Of a DNA stretch of 64,000 nt, positions 43,082 through 59,083 are shown piece by piece. The number at the start of each line of letters is the position of its first letter. The stretch's first letter is position 1. The stretch comes from Eledone cirrhosa (taxonomy: Eukaryota): positions 380,990,001-381,054,000 of the forward strand of contig OZ024740.1 in NCBI GenBank assembly GCA_964016885.1, written 5' to 3'. The position numbers were made by a program, and so were the translations under genes. Below the pieces are notes generated by a model. It worked only from the letters and a program-made list of their open reading frames with translations, searched no databases and was not told the origin of the DNA.

Positions 43082-44052
43082 AGACAGAACGAAAACCTGT
43101 TGATAAACTGAATCCTCCGTTCGATCACCAAAACCATGAGCTTGCCATTCACGTAAGTCTGATATTTGATTTCGGATTCAAAGAAACACTTTAAACGATT
43201 GTTCGTTTGATTTGTCCAGGTGTACTTTTCTCAACCTGATTAGTTCTATCGTTACTTTGGTATGTATTATGTGTTAGTTTCACCTACCACAATGTTCGAT
43301 TTGTCAAGCTATTTAAACGTATGTTATTACTCTAAGGTCCTATCTTATCGAGTGCTTTGCTAACTCATCATTTCATATAAGTAGGCCGAATTTACTTGCA
43401 AACCGCCAGAGATTCGATTTTACTGATTTCCAATTATATTACTCTCCTAGATTTAATAATTAACTAATTAATTTAATTAGACAATTCTGTTGATTGGTTA
43501 ATTATTTGTGTTTGTTTTATAACATCTAGTTGAGAGCTTATCATGATGATTAGCGGAAATTAAAATATTTCCTTTCGCTAGCATTTTGAATGACCCGCCT
43601 AAAACCGGGTGTTATTTCCCTTGCCGGAATTAACACGTGATAACTATAGATGCGATTAGCAGCCATATCGAGCAGCAACATATTATTTATCACCCCGGTC
43701 CTAGACAGAACGAAAACCTGTTGATAAACTGAATCCTCCGTTCGATCACCAATACCATGAGCTTGCCATTCACGAAAGTCTGATATTTGATTTCGGATTC
43801 AAAGAAATACTTTAAACGATAGTTCGTTTGATTTGTCCAGGTGTACTTTTCTCAATCTGATTAGTTCTATCGTTACTTTGGTATGTATTGTGTGTTAGTT
43901 TCGCCTACCACAATGTTCGATTTGTCAAGCTATTTAAACGTATGTTATTACTCTGAGGTCCTATCTTATCGAGTGCTTTGCTAACTCATAATTTCATATA
44001 AGTAGGCCGAATTTACTTGCAAACCGCCAGAGATTCTATTTTGCTGATTTCC

Positions 44053-44059
<7 letters not shown>
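43082..44059. repeat. 1.6 copies of a 621-bp tandem unit (pLTR-like) between microsatellites
   Basis: 43082-43440 is repeated at 43703-44059 with few substitutions. Confidence 0.85.
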
Positions 44060-44091
<32 letters not shown>

Positions 44092-44121
44092 CATATATAG
44101 TGTTATGCAAATTCAGAAACG

Positions 44122-44262
<141 letters not shown>

Positions 44263-45930
44263 AGAATTTCACACCCTTATAAATGGGCTCAACACGAATA
44301 TTAACTTCACGATGGAATACAGCCATCAACAACTCCCCTTCCTCGACATCCTCATTAAGATCCATAACAAAAAATAGAAACAGACATATACTACAAGCCC
44401 ACAGACTCCAAGCAATATCTTCCTTTCAACTCTTGCCACCCTAGACACGTTAAAATTAATATTCCCTACAACTTAGCCAAGAGAATCTGTACTATAGTCT
44501 CCAATAAAAACACCTGCTACTTACGGCTACAAGAACTAAAGGACACACTCATAGGCAGGGACTACCCTGCATCACTAATTGACAATGGAATCCAACGTGC
44601 CCCAAAACTCAGTACCCAGGACCTTAGATGCCCTAATGTAAATCAACCGAAACTAAAAGCTCTTCCATACATCTCCACATACAACCCCCTCAACAATGAG
44701 GCCTTTGACACCATCCTCCCGAACATCCCTGTGTTGAAAAAGGACCATAGAATGAACCAAATCCTACCAACACACGATATCATAAAGAGCAAAAGACAAT
44801 CTAAGTCAATGAAAAGCATCCTAACACATGCCAAAGTATTGCCAATCACAACAACGAAACCCACAATAAAATGCGATAGACCCAACTGTGGCATATGCAT
44901 CGACCTAATAGAGGGTTCGGAATTCTATTTCAAAGAAGAACAACGTTTTATAGTAAAACACAATTTCACATGCGCATCAGAAAATCTAATATATGTATTA
45001 ACTTGCTCAGGTTGTCGAGAATAATACATAGGCCAGACCAAAAACAGCCTCCGCCAACGCATGACTGTCCATAGATCCCAAATTAAAATACGGGAATACA
45101 GGAAAATACCACTGAGTGAACACATTGATACCTGTGCCGCCCAAAATCATCCCAACTTCAAAATCTTCCCTCTCTACAAATTTAAAGATAATGCCACCCA
45201 CACCCAGCGCATCAGCAAGGAATCTCACTTTATTAAAAAATACGGACCCCGTCTAAACACTTCTCCCTAAGACGAACCCACAACATACATACCTACATCA
45301 GCATACATCTCTATCCACATATAAACAGAATGACATACGTAAACACACATGTTCTATGGTGCAACACAAATATACACAAATTTGCATACCTTTTGATGTC
45401 TATAGATATAAACGTGCCGACACACACACATACATATACGCACACATGCATTGCACACTGATGGGCACATACATATTTGCACACAAGTATTCCAATACGA
45501 CAAGGCCTAATGGATTCCCCTTGCAGTACGTACAATCTGGACACTCACACACACCTTGGTATTATGCCAATACTATATATCATTTCACACCTTTTATTAT
45601 TAAGGTTTTTGATGTTCTATTGAGAGAATCGTTTTTACTGAAAATATCGTATAATGTACACCATTTTTACCAGTATCACAAAAATACTGGTCTACCCGCA
45701 CACACACACGCATTCTCTCTCACACACACACACACATATATACACACACACACACACATATATACACACACATACACACGCGTACATTAACATACAATGA
45801 GACATATACACACACACACACTTCTCCGTATAAGGCAAGAGCTGAAAAATATCTTTTAACATGTTAAAATATCCCCCACACACGTACAGACACATTCCTA
45901 CTGACCATCCCTCTACCACAAATTACTCTG

Positions 45931-45969
<39 letters not shown>

Positions 45970-46480
45970 TCTTAATAGGCATTTGAACTGTCAACAGGCT
46001 GCGGTTCGCACACACATCCCTGCTGACCATTATCACAACAACGAACCTCTTTACTACTACTACTACTACTACACACACACATACACACATATTTGTCTTG
46101 AAAGACTTATTTTTCAGTGACTTCTCAATCAGCCGAGACAAACCTACATTTGGCGCAAAATCAATTTTTAACATTCACATGACCTCTACCGACCAATCAA
46201 AATTGTTTTGACCACAAGAATTTTTTCATACATCTGGAGCCACTTTTTTCACATAAAACAGGTAGAATTTCCAAAACTAATCAGATTAGAGCCAACATCA
46301 CGGGCGCTCTATCTCAAAATTATTTTTGAAAAGCATTAGAAATGCGCAACCGGTAAAACTTAAAACCAAAACTGAATACAAACCAATACTATTACTAATT
46401 TTTAGTTATTCCTAATTCCTAATTAAACTATTTTTCACTGGGAATAATTTGTCAGCATTTTCTTTTCCTTTTACCAACAA
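44263..46480 (+). mobile_element. 5'-truncated PLE: RT thumb + GIY-YIG + 3' UTR
   Basis: [49 protein letters not shown]; in-frame stops. Confidence 0.85.
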
Positions 46481-46486
46481 AATATA

Positions 46487-46551
<65 letters not shown>

Positions 46552-46563
<12 letters not shown>

Positions 46564-48256
46564 AAATATTTTCTTATTTTACGTCCTTTATATTATTGTT
46601 CTGCATTCTCCTGCATTGAACCACCTAGGTACTATGACATAACCTGTGTATTTGCTGGCATGGGCGTGCATCTGTGCGCTTATGTTAGTTGATATATTAA
46701 ATTATCTATATTTATCTCCAAATCACTGATTTGTCGAGCAAACTTGTCAAAACCACTTCTAAAAAAATTTTTTTGGGGGTGTTAGTAGGCGTCAGTCATC
46801 TTACCATCCCATTCCTTCTAACTAGCCTCTGTGTCACGTGATTGATTCTTTAGAATCGGCCATTTGACTTGAAGCAGTGAGAATTTCGGTACATAGAATC
46901 CAGTCCTCGCAAGCTGTTCGATCTACCGAATTATTATTATTTTTATATGAGCCGCCAGTGTCCGCGCATTGCCTGGAGACTTAACTGAGAATAGACTCCC
47001 TGATGACGCAATGAATTCTCGACAGTTGGATTACGTAACTGTCTTTATTCCATTGCAGAAACTAATTAGTTGGAGTGAAAATTTAAGTAAGTAAAAAATT
47101 TTTTTAAAATTTAAAAAAAAAAATATTTTCTTATTTTACGTCCTTTATATTATTGTTCTGCATTCTCCTGCATTGAACCACCTAGGTACTATGACATAAC
47201 CTGTGTATTTGCTGGCATGGGCGTGCATCTGTGCGCTTATGTTAGTTGATATATTAAATTATCTATATTTATCTCCAAATCACTGATTTGTCGAGCAAAC
47301 TTGTCAAAACCACTTCTAAAAAATTTTTTTTTGGGGTGTTAGTAGGCGTCAGTCATCTTACCATCCCATTCCTTCTAACTAGCCTCTGTGTCACGTGATT
47401 GATTCTTTAGAATCGGCCATTTGACTTGAAGCAGTGAGAATTTCGGTACATAGAATCCAGTCCTCGCAAGCTGTTCGATCTACCGAATTATTATTATTTT
47501 TATATGAGCCGCCAGTGTCCGCGCATTGCCTGGAGACTTAACTGAGAATAGACTCCCTGATGACGCAATGAATTCTCGACAGTTGGATTACGTAACTGTC
47601 TTTATTCCATTGCAGAAACTAATTAGTTGGAGTGAAAATTTAAGTAAGTAAAAAATTTTTTTAAAATTTTTTAAAAAAAATATTTTCTTATTTTACGTCC
47701 TTTATATTATTGTTCTGCATTCTCCTGCATTGAACCACCTAGGTACTATGACATAACCTGTGTATTTGCTGGCATGGGCGTGCATCTGTGCGCTTATGTT
47801 AGTTGATATATTAAATTATCTATATTTATCTCCAAATCACTGATTTGTCGAGCAAACTTGTCAAAACCACTTCTAAAAAAATTTTTTTTGGGGTGTTAGT
47901 AGGCGTCAGTCATCTTACCATCCCATTCCTTCTAACTAGCCTCTGTGTCACGTGATTGATTCTTTAGAATCGGCCATTTGACTTGAAGCAGTGAGAATTT
48001 CGGTACATAGAATCCAGTCCTCGCAAGCTGTTCGATCTACCGAATTATTATTATTTTTATATGAGCCGCCAGTGTCCGCGCATTGCCTGGAGACTTAACT
48101 GAGAATAGACTCCCTGATGACGCAATGAATTCTCGACAGTTGGATTACGTAACTGTCTTTATTCCATTGCAGAAACTAATTAGTTGGAGTGAAAATTTAA
48201 GTAAGTAAAAAATTTTTTTTAAATTTTTTTAAAAAAATATTTTCTTATTTTACGTC

Positions 48257-48260
<4 letters not shown>
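46552..48260 (+). repeat. Three near-identical 557-bp tandem units (family B), one HHR each; retrozyme-like array in (TA)n
   Basis: HHR cores at 47000, 47557 and 48114 (spacing 557). Confidence 0.92.
46995..47076 (+). ncRNA. Type I HHR, family B (copies 47552-47633, 48109-48190)
   Basis: ACUCC-CUGAUGA-C-GCAAUG..CAUUGC-A-GAAA-CUAAUUAG-UU-GGAGU. Confidence 0.85.
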
Positions 48261-48306
<46 letters not shown>

Positions 48307-48309
<3 letters not shown>

Positions 48310-48908
48310 GATTTAATGCTCTGAAATAGCGATATATATGTGAAGACAAACATAGAATATTCGAAAATATTCTGTATGTTTATAATAAACATTTTGAAGA
48401 CCTAATCGCTACAGGATAGAATACGTCACGTATTACAATTTGAGATTCTAATAAGAATGAAACGCGTAGGTTACTTCCCTTGCTTTTATCGAGAATCTCA
48501 AATTGTAATACGTGACGTATTCTATCCTATAGCGATTAGGTCTTCAAAATGTTTATTATAAACATACAGAATATTTTCGAATATTCTATGTTTGTCTTCA
48601 CATATATATCGCTATTTCAGAGCATTAAATCCAAATTCTAATTTCTGCCGGACCGGCAACCGCTCTTTCAAACCAGTTCCTGTACACAGCTAAGTATTCT
48701 ATAAGTCTCTAGCTGTGTCATTCTCGATAAAAGCATTGGATATGTAATCCTGAAGATTTCTAATAAGAATGAAACGCGTAGGTTACTTCCCTTGCTTTTA
48801 TCGAGAATCTCAAATTGTAATACGTGACGTATTCTATCCTATAGCGATTAGGTCTTCAAAATGTTTATTATAAACATACAGAATATTTTCGAATATTCTA
48901 TGTTTGTC

Positions 48909-48912
<4 letters not shown>
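48307..48912 (+). mobile_element. ORF-less unit (family G): inverted arm + 1.5 copies of a 312-bp unit
   Basis: 48307-48448 is inverted relative to 48493-48634; 48446 recurs at 48758. Confidence 0.85.
48720..48808 (+). ncRNA. Type I HHR with extended stem I (family G)
   Basis: GUAAUC-CUGAAGA-U-UUCU/AGAA-U-GAAA-CGCG-UA-GGUUAC; outer helix auucucgauaaaagca/ugcuuuuaucgagaau. Confidence 0.85.
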
Positions 48913-48953
<41 letters not shown>

Positions 48954-48956
<3 letters not shown>

Positions 48957-49120
48957 AGACTAAAATCCAAAGAGGGCTCGATAAGGATAAATATATATCA
49001 AATATATAAGAACCCTAGAGCAAATATTTATTAAAATAACAGATTAAATTTAAACAAAGAATCGCTGCTTTCACCGTTAAGGGTGAAAGCAGCGATTCTT
49101 TGCTTAAACTTAATTTGTTA

Positions 49121-49128
<8 letters not shown>
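48954..49128. mobile_element. Family C pLTR foldback
   Basis: Reverse complement of 16233-16355, folded back at the HHR stem II hairpin. Confidence 0.75.
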
Positions 49129-50128
<1,000 letters not shown>

Positions 50129-50139
50129 GTATATATATA

Positions 50140-50224
<85 letters not shown>

Positions 50225-50226
<2 letters not shown>

Positions 50227-52284
50227 ATAATAATAAATTTGTACCATGACTAAGTGCGGACCTCGTGCTTGCGACAGGTTCAGAAAAGAACTCACAACCT
50301 TCTTTAAAGGCTTCGACCTCTCTATACAGGTTGAGGCCAATCTCTCGGTCGTTAATTACCTCGACGTTACCCTCAATTTATTGAATGGGTTGTATTACCC
50401 GTATAGAAAGCCGAATGATACGCTTAATTACATAAGTAAGCATTCCAACCATCCTGCCAGCATATTTAAGAACCTGGTAAGAAACGTTTCGTTGAGGCTT
50501 TCCCGTCTTTTCACCAACGAACGTATTTTCAACGACCATTCCACTTATTACAATGAAGCTCTTGCTCGAAGTGGATTTGTCGATAAGGTAGCATATACAG
50601 TGTACGAAAATAGACCTAGAAGAAATAGATCCCGTCGCATTTGTTGGTATAACCCACCATATAATATGGAGGTGGCCACACCATTAGCTAAGGTCTTCCT
50701 TTCCCTTATTACGAAGCATTTTCCCCCTACACATAAATATTGTAAAATTTTAAATAGAAATACTATTAAAATTTCTTACTCTACGACTCCTAACCTTGCA
50801 CATAACATCACAGCTTCAAATTTAGCTAAACTACCTAGCCGTAGGAACACGTGCAATCCTGTAGTTAGTACTAACTGTAATTGAGGGAATCGGGTTGATT
50901 GCCCCTATCCGGGAAATGCCTCTCTAGTAACATTGTCCCGTAGGGCCTACATAGGGTTAACCGCCAATAGATTCAAGCAGCGTCTTTACATGCATACCCA
51001 TTCTTTTCGTTACCCTCTAAGAAGGAATATGACGTCACTTTCAGCTTATATATGGAGTCTAAAAGACAACCACACCCAATATAAGTTACACTGGGAGATC
51101 CTAGCTAGGGCTAGATCGTATAACGGAAATAAAAGACCATGTGACCTCTGCGCCGCTGAGGCCCTGGAAATACTTTACGCCACAGACCACATCTTAAACA
51201 AAAAATCTGAGGCAATTTCGGCTTGTAAACATAAATTGCACAACACTTTCCTGTATTACAGCCCCACGTTATACCCTAACGGATAGTACGATTTACACGT
51301 GGATATTTTACGTCTTGATGTGGGAGCTAAGTATATGTTTTGTTTATACCATTACTTATTTGCATAGGTACGTATATTTTGCTCGTATGTTTTATGAAGG
51401 TACGTATACCTTCTCGTATGTATATTTGATTGTTTATGTTATGGCATATACTTTTTTATATATTCTGGTACATATGGTTTGGCTATGTGTATACGGAAGC
51501 TTTGCGTCTGTGTGAGTATGCAGGCTCGTACGTATGTAGGGTGTGTGTATATGTGTACTTCATGTTTTGGTTGACTTACGTCTCCGAACATTCGTGTATT
51601 ACATGTAGGTATGTGTGTGCGCTTGTTATATACGTATTTATTTATTTATATACGTTTATATAATTATTTATTTATTTGTATACACGCATACACACACACA
51701 TATTTATATGTGGGTGGTTTTGTATACCTATGGTAAGTGTTTTGCGTATGCTTGTGTATGTACGTATTTGTTTGCGTGTATGTATTTATTTATTTCTATT
51801 ACTTCTGTATTGTATTTATTTACTTTGTTCTTAACTCTGTAGCGGAGATTCATTCGGTCTCCTAGTTAGAATTTTAGTCTACGACTTCTGCTATACCATT
51901 TACGTGGTTTTGTCTTTGCGTGCTATTGTTCTCTACGCTCCACATATGACGTATTAGCTTCGTTTTTTTCGTTCATTGCCAGAGAACGTCTCTATCAACC
52001 ACCTAAGAGAACATTAGTCTACGACCTCTTTTATACCATAAACGTGGTTCTGTCTTTGCGCGTAATTGTTTTTCACCGCTCCTATTAATGACGTGTTATA
52101 TTCGTTTTTTCCCGTTCTTTGCCAGCGAACGTTTCCACGAACCAAAGTATCGTCTTCCTGTCTTCCTCCGGTTGCAACGCTTTTTGAAATATCCACTTCT
52201 GCGTTTACAGATTGACTTTGTTAGTTTCAGAAGATCCCGTTAAGGGTGAAAGCAGCGATTCTTGGCTTAAACTTTAATCTGTTA

Positions 52285-52290
<6 letters not shown>
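50225..52290 (+). mobile_element. 5'-truncated PLE (RT thumb + GIY-YIG) ending in family C pLTR
   Basis: [37 protein letters not shown]; ~141-bp tandem duplication at 51874-52140; CAGA-HHR at the 3' end. Confidence 0.88.
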
Positions 52291-52336
<46 letters not shown>

Positions 52337-52479
52337 TATGTATGTATACGTACATACATATATGTATACAGACGTACAGTAGCATGTATATATATATATA
52401 TATATATATATACATACAGGCACACATTTAAGTAAGTGCCATACTAAGAGTGAGAAATGAAATTTCGTTTCATTCTATT

Positions 52480-52544
<65 letters not shown>

Positions 52545-52563
52545 AATATATGTATATATATAT

Positions 52564-52608
<45 letters not shown>

Positions 52609-52628
52609 CATATATATATATGTATACA

Positions 52629-52669
<41 letters not shown>

Positions 52670-52675
52670 GTATAC

Positions 52676-53140
<465 letters not shown>

Positions 53141-53246
53141 GGGGGAGAGATATAGATATACATACATGCATACATGCATACATGCATATATATATATACA
53201 TATATATATACACACATATATATACATATATATATACATACACACA

Positions 53247-53296
<50 letters not shown>

Positions 53297-53744
53297 CAAA
53301 GGGCGGAAGAACTCATAAGAGTCAACGGCCATCCAAAAATGTGTAAATATGTATATACACATGTACATATGTATGTGTATGTATATGCGCGGGGACATAG
53401 AAATAGTCGGGCTGGATACCCAACCACTTTGTCAGGGCATTCTTCTAGGAGAATGCAACTCAGGAAACTGGGATATCTCTGACACAAAACTTGCGGCTCA
53501 GTAGTTACCGATGATGTTGATCTTTTCTTCTTTTCGGGTTGTAGCTACTGTCGCTCATAGAGTGGGATTGGCTCAGTGCACAGTCTTTTCTCACTTTAAA
53601 AAAATCTTTGCGCACAGGCATTGCACGATGGAATTAATTAGTAATTACTAATAATGGTATATCGTGCAATGGCCATACTCGATAACGAGGGGGCAGCCTT
53701 CATCATATATATATATATATGTGTGTGTGAGTGTGTGTGTGTAT

Positions 53745-53831
<87 letters not shown>

Positions 53832-54936
53832 GATATTAAATTCTATCTTATAATTGTTAGTATTCAGTAAACGATGGCTAGTCGTTGACGCCAGGTGACA
53901 ATATTTCTGTTTTTGTTAGATGAAACATTTGAATATCTGAAATATTTCTGACATACGTTTATTTGATAATGCAGCCTATGCTAAAAATTCACTTCCACCA
54001 TTAACTACTTCCACAAATTAAGGTATCGTTAACTCAACCATCATCACTATCACCATGTCCAATGAGTTCTTTTCTAGATTGTAATTTTACACTTCTAATT
54101 AATGCATAATGAGAATGTTTTCCATTTATCGCCAACAGTATCACTATCATCATATCTTCATGATCATGACCAAGATCATCATAATGATCATCACGATCAT
54201 CATCAATATCATCATAATGATGATCATCATAACGATCATCATCGTCGTTATCGTCATCATCATCATCATCGAATGCATTACGGTCAAAATATAGTGTCTG
54301 ACAGAATGGGATTGGTCATGTCATGACTAAAGGAAAGCAAACAAAATTAATAAGTAATAGCGATAATAATGTTTAGGTTCATACGACAGTATACTAGTGA
54401 GGAAGTCTGTAGATAGTCATTATAATTGCTAGAAATAGCAGTCATATTTCTTTTAAATCACATCACAAAGAAACATGTTTGTGAATGTGGTCCTGGGATG
54501 TTTGCACCATGAAAAAGACGCTATGGTCATAACTGGAATGCCTTTGAAGATAAATCTGCTTTATCATGGGACTGGGACTAAACAACAGCAAGGCTACCAT
54601 TTCACAGCACATTATCTACACCACATCACACTAGCAAATGTGAGTAAGTCGGTGTATTTGCTCATCTTGCTCGACGTAGCAGCTAAATCTCTCTTAAATC
54701 ACATTCTAGCATCTTTTTTAAAAATCGAAGGACACAATATCTAAAATAAATAAGAAATAATCATGGCTGGAATGCCTTTGATCATAGACCTGCTCCATCA
54801 GGATCGCCTATGGCTATATAATAAATACACTATTCCACACTACACCACAGATGTTCTTAATCAGAGAAAATATATGATGGGAGTGAAAGGTCGGAAGCGA
54901 ATATAAAGAACAAAAAAGAAAAACATTGGTCAGAAA

Positions 54937-54937
<1 letters not shown>

Positions 54938-54975
<38 letters not shown>

Positions 54976-54996
54976 CAGCAGCAGCAGCAGTAGTAT

Positions 54997-55065
<69 letters not shown>

Positions 55066-55080
55066 CAGCAGCAGTAGTAA

Positions 55081-55131
<51 letters not shown>

Positions 55132-55189
55132 CAGCAACAGCAGGAGTAGAAGTAGTAGCAGCAACAATAGTAGTAGTAACAGTAGCAAC

Positions 55190-55251
<62 letters not shown>

Positions 55252-55385
55252 CAGCAGCAGCAGTGGCAACAGCAGCAGCAGTAGTAGTAGTAGTAGTAAT
55301 AGTAGTAGCAGCAGCAGCAGCAGCAGCAGTGGCAACAGCAGCAGCAGCAGTAGTAGTAGTAGTAGTAGTGGTAGTAGTAGTAGCA
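54938..55385. repeat. (AGT/AGC)n microsatellite
   Basis: Direct trinucleotide repeat; explains poly-S and poly-L ORFs. Confidence 0.95.
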
Positions 55386-57193
55386 GGTGTGGTGCTGGTG
55401 GTGGTGGTGGTCGTCGTCGTGCTGTAATGGTGGTGTGTGAAGCTGATATTGCTGCTGTTGCTATAGATGAAGTTTTTTAATGGTGATGCGGCGGCTGCAG
55501 TAGTCGTGATAGCGGCTGTTTGGTAGCGATGGTGCTGGGGGTGGGAATGGTGGTAGTTACACCCCTCCCCTGGCTAACAGAGCCCTGTGCTTAAGCACAC
55601 CTAAGAACAATAGTAAATCCGGCACTGGTTACACCCAATAACTCAAATATGTTTATTTTTCTCTTCTCTTTGCCTCGTCTACAGTTCTTACAGTGGCCTC
55701 TGTTTCTCTGGACAAGTAAGATGCATACGAACTCTACTTAACCTCCTTTGCTCTTTTCTATCATATTATCTTACTCCTAAAAACTGTAAACTTTATTAAA
55801 ATCATCCTTGTTAGAACTACAAGTCTCTGGAACGCATATAATTTCGTTGTAAAAGTCAAACTTCTTTCTTTAATTCTCCAACTTCTGATAGAGTCATTTG
55901 GGACACCGTTGTCACACACAGTGTAACAAGCATTTTAAAGATGGAAGGCGGAGCACATCCCTCACCAGGGATGGACTATAACCAATTTTTTCAGAGAGAT
56001 AAAAAAGCAGGAAGAGTTGTAAAAGGGGGTGGAGGAGGTGAAGGGGAGTGTGAGGAGGAGGTAGTTAGTAAGGAAGGGGAAGGTGAGAAGGGAAAAGTTG
56101 GATGATGATGATGAGGGGGACCTTGGAGAGATGAATGGCAATGTTGTGCCCAACGAAAATCGAGAGAGCCGGAAGAAAAACTGTAAAGCATTCTAACCAA
56201 AGCTGCCAATTCACCACCTTAGATGTTAAACTATATATGTTCAGATAAAATCTTATCAATCCGGGAGATGTTATAAAGGTGATAGTCACTGCTCCTCCTC
56301 TTCCAACTAATAAACTGTAAGGCCTACATATACATCCAATCATGGGTGTATGCGATTTTCCTGCTTTTCACAGTCACAGAACCTACGTAAGTAGAGCAAC
56401 TTAAATCTACTACTAGTAGTTAGAATTCGGTCAAGGACCTCGTATTCATATCAATCACCAGCGAAATAGATACCCTCATAACTACTCGTACTGACACTTA
56501 TAAATACATGGAATTTGGAAAATAGGCGGAATCATATCATTTCTATACCCAAACCAAGTCACATCTGAAGTAACATCACACAAACTTACCATTTCAGAAC
56601 GATCTTCAAAATTCCTAAAGAGAGTCATAATTGATATTATTAACCACCCATTTCCCCAATTCACAACTTGTATTCAGAGCACCACATGTTGTTCAACTTA
56701 CATGTACTCACAGCACTACTCACAACTATCACTAACGCTATACAAAGAATACATGACACCCCACTACCATATTTACCTTTCTAAACTTATCTTTGACAGC
56801 CCAAAGTTTCTGCCTCCGTTTACCGATACTCACTTTTAAAGATAAACTAAACAAGACTGTAGTTCTTGCAAAGAGATAATAAAGGTGATTTCCAATTATT
56901 GTTTTCTCTACGATACGTGATCTTGAAGGCTAAATCAAACAAGTACGTCACATTTGCCTGGTCACTCCAAATACAAACAGCTTCAGAAATATTGCAAAGC
57001 ACTTTGACCAACCTTCTATCTATTCCAACAATTCACCTCCTTAGACTAGTACTTATTTTATCTGTGTCAAATAATATAAAGCTAAGTTTATTTACGACGG
57101 ATTTGAATTCAGAACGAGAAGAGCCGGACAACGCATGGGAGTGTTTCTACGTTCTAATGATTCTGTCAATTCCCTGTCGTTCTCCACCGCCAT

Positions 57194-57298
<105 letters not shown>

Positions 57299-58394
57299 TT
57301 GGGTTTTCCTGTGTTCATTCTGTCTGAAAAAAAAAAGAATTGGGTAATCACGACTGGAAAGCACACAGTTCTCAACGAACCTGTGGATTAAACAAACACT
57401 TCCAACTTCATTAACTGCTGAAGCATTGACACAGCCCTGTTTGATTAAATAATTAATCTGCACTGCAAAATTATGAGATCATCATCACCAGCAGCACCTC
57501 CACCACCACCACCACTACCAACATCATCAGTATCATCATTATCTTCATCATCATCATCGCCAACACCATTGTTACCACTAAGTTGTATAACCTATTAGTG
57601 TCTGACGTATTGCACCAAATGACTCAACAACGCTTCCTCATAAACTCACCGATGATATCTTTAAATTATTTTTTTCTTCTTTTCATTGCGACATACCATG
57701 ACGGGTGCGGCTGTCACTGGAGTGACGAGTAACAGCCGCACCTGTTCAGGGTTATCTCAGGTTTTAAATTGTTATGCTTGTAGCTTAGCCCTAGGTCAGT
57801 CGACCTATAATCAACACCTTCATGATTATCCCGTCATTTATTTCCTGTCAGTCATAACTTACCTTGGACTGTATTAACCAATGTGTTCTGATTTAAGACA
57901 GTAACGTGTAGTTTCGGGTACAGGATATTTATTTTTAGCAGGTCTAGAGATCGAATAGAGGATGCATCTTTGGCCCGTCATGGTTTAGGCTGTGTATATG
58001 TGTGTGTTGTATTCAACTCGATAGATGCAACGTCCCATTCTCAAATTAGTACCTCATTGATAGACATGACTAGACAGGTAACAGTTGTAATTTCATCGAG
58101 AGAACATAAAGCACCACGTTAGACTACATTAACTTGTTAGACAATGTAATTCATGGTATGCCAAAAAAAGCCCCCCCCCCCCAAAAAAAAAATAGAAAAG
58201 AAATATGAATTCTACACAAGCAGAAAAACCACCCTTTGGGTGGTTTTCTGCTAGCATGTGTAGTGTGTATATTGATATTATACACAGGTATATATACATG
58301 TAGATATGATACATCAAATACAATCGTAATTGACAATATACACATAAATTGAATGAAGACTGTATTACATTGTCTTATGTAATCAGCAACGTAA

Positions 58395-59083
58395 TCTATA
58401 TATATAAAGCTGTGGTTGTCTGTCTGTCTATCGATTTTTGGCACACATCTCCTCTTAGAATCTCTGACGGAATTGCACCGAAATTGCTATACTTGTACAT
58501 TGAGCCCTAGCGAAGACATCGGAAAAAAAAAATTTCAAATTGACCCACCCTATGTGACGAAATCGAATCTAATGTATCGATTTTTGAGCGTAAGTGACGA
58601 GTTATTTCCCTTTGTTCTGTTTACATTGAGCGTCTTACGTTCTGTTTACATTTTCTGCGTGCAAAAATTAAAAAAATTACGCTGGCTTTCTCAGCGTTTA
58701 AAATGACATTAACACAATACACGAACAGTTGTCGAGCCAGCAAAATTTTGACCTGCAAAATTCATCAGTTCGAACACTAAGCTTCCGTTTTGCTTCATTT
58801 CCATTTAAAAGCCTTTTAAAACAATATTTTTACTTGAAAACAAGTCTATTTAAAGACTACGTAAAACAAGCAAATATTTCCTCTTTTGTTATAACATTCG
58901 GGTTATCGTTATGTTTTCTTAACTTCATAAGGCATATTGTTGGTTGAGGGAATATTAATCAAAAACACCACATGCAAGTCTGCACAGTAGACACTACAGT
59001 TTTTAAGCCAAAAAAGAAACTTAACATTGTAACTTTAACACAGCTACTGAGCGACCCCGAGCAACGCCGGGCTTTATTGCTAG
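58395..59083 (+). mobile_element. Non-autonomous Helitron
   Basis: A|TC 5' end; hairpin cccgagcaacgccggg; CTAG|T 3' end. Confidence 0.88.

Noticed and set aside
50882-50884. In-frame TGA at a Cys position (NCN*) suggesting selenocysteine, as reported for some Naiad PLEs
   Set aside because: The adjacent GKCLSSNIV motif is frameshifted and partly deleted, so the copy is decayed; no SECIS identified. The same applies to the TGA in the Helitron YVA*SR motif
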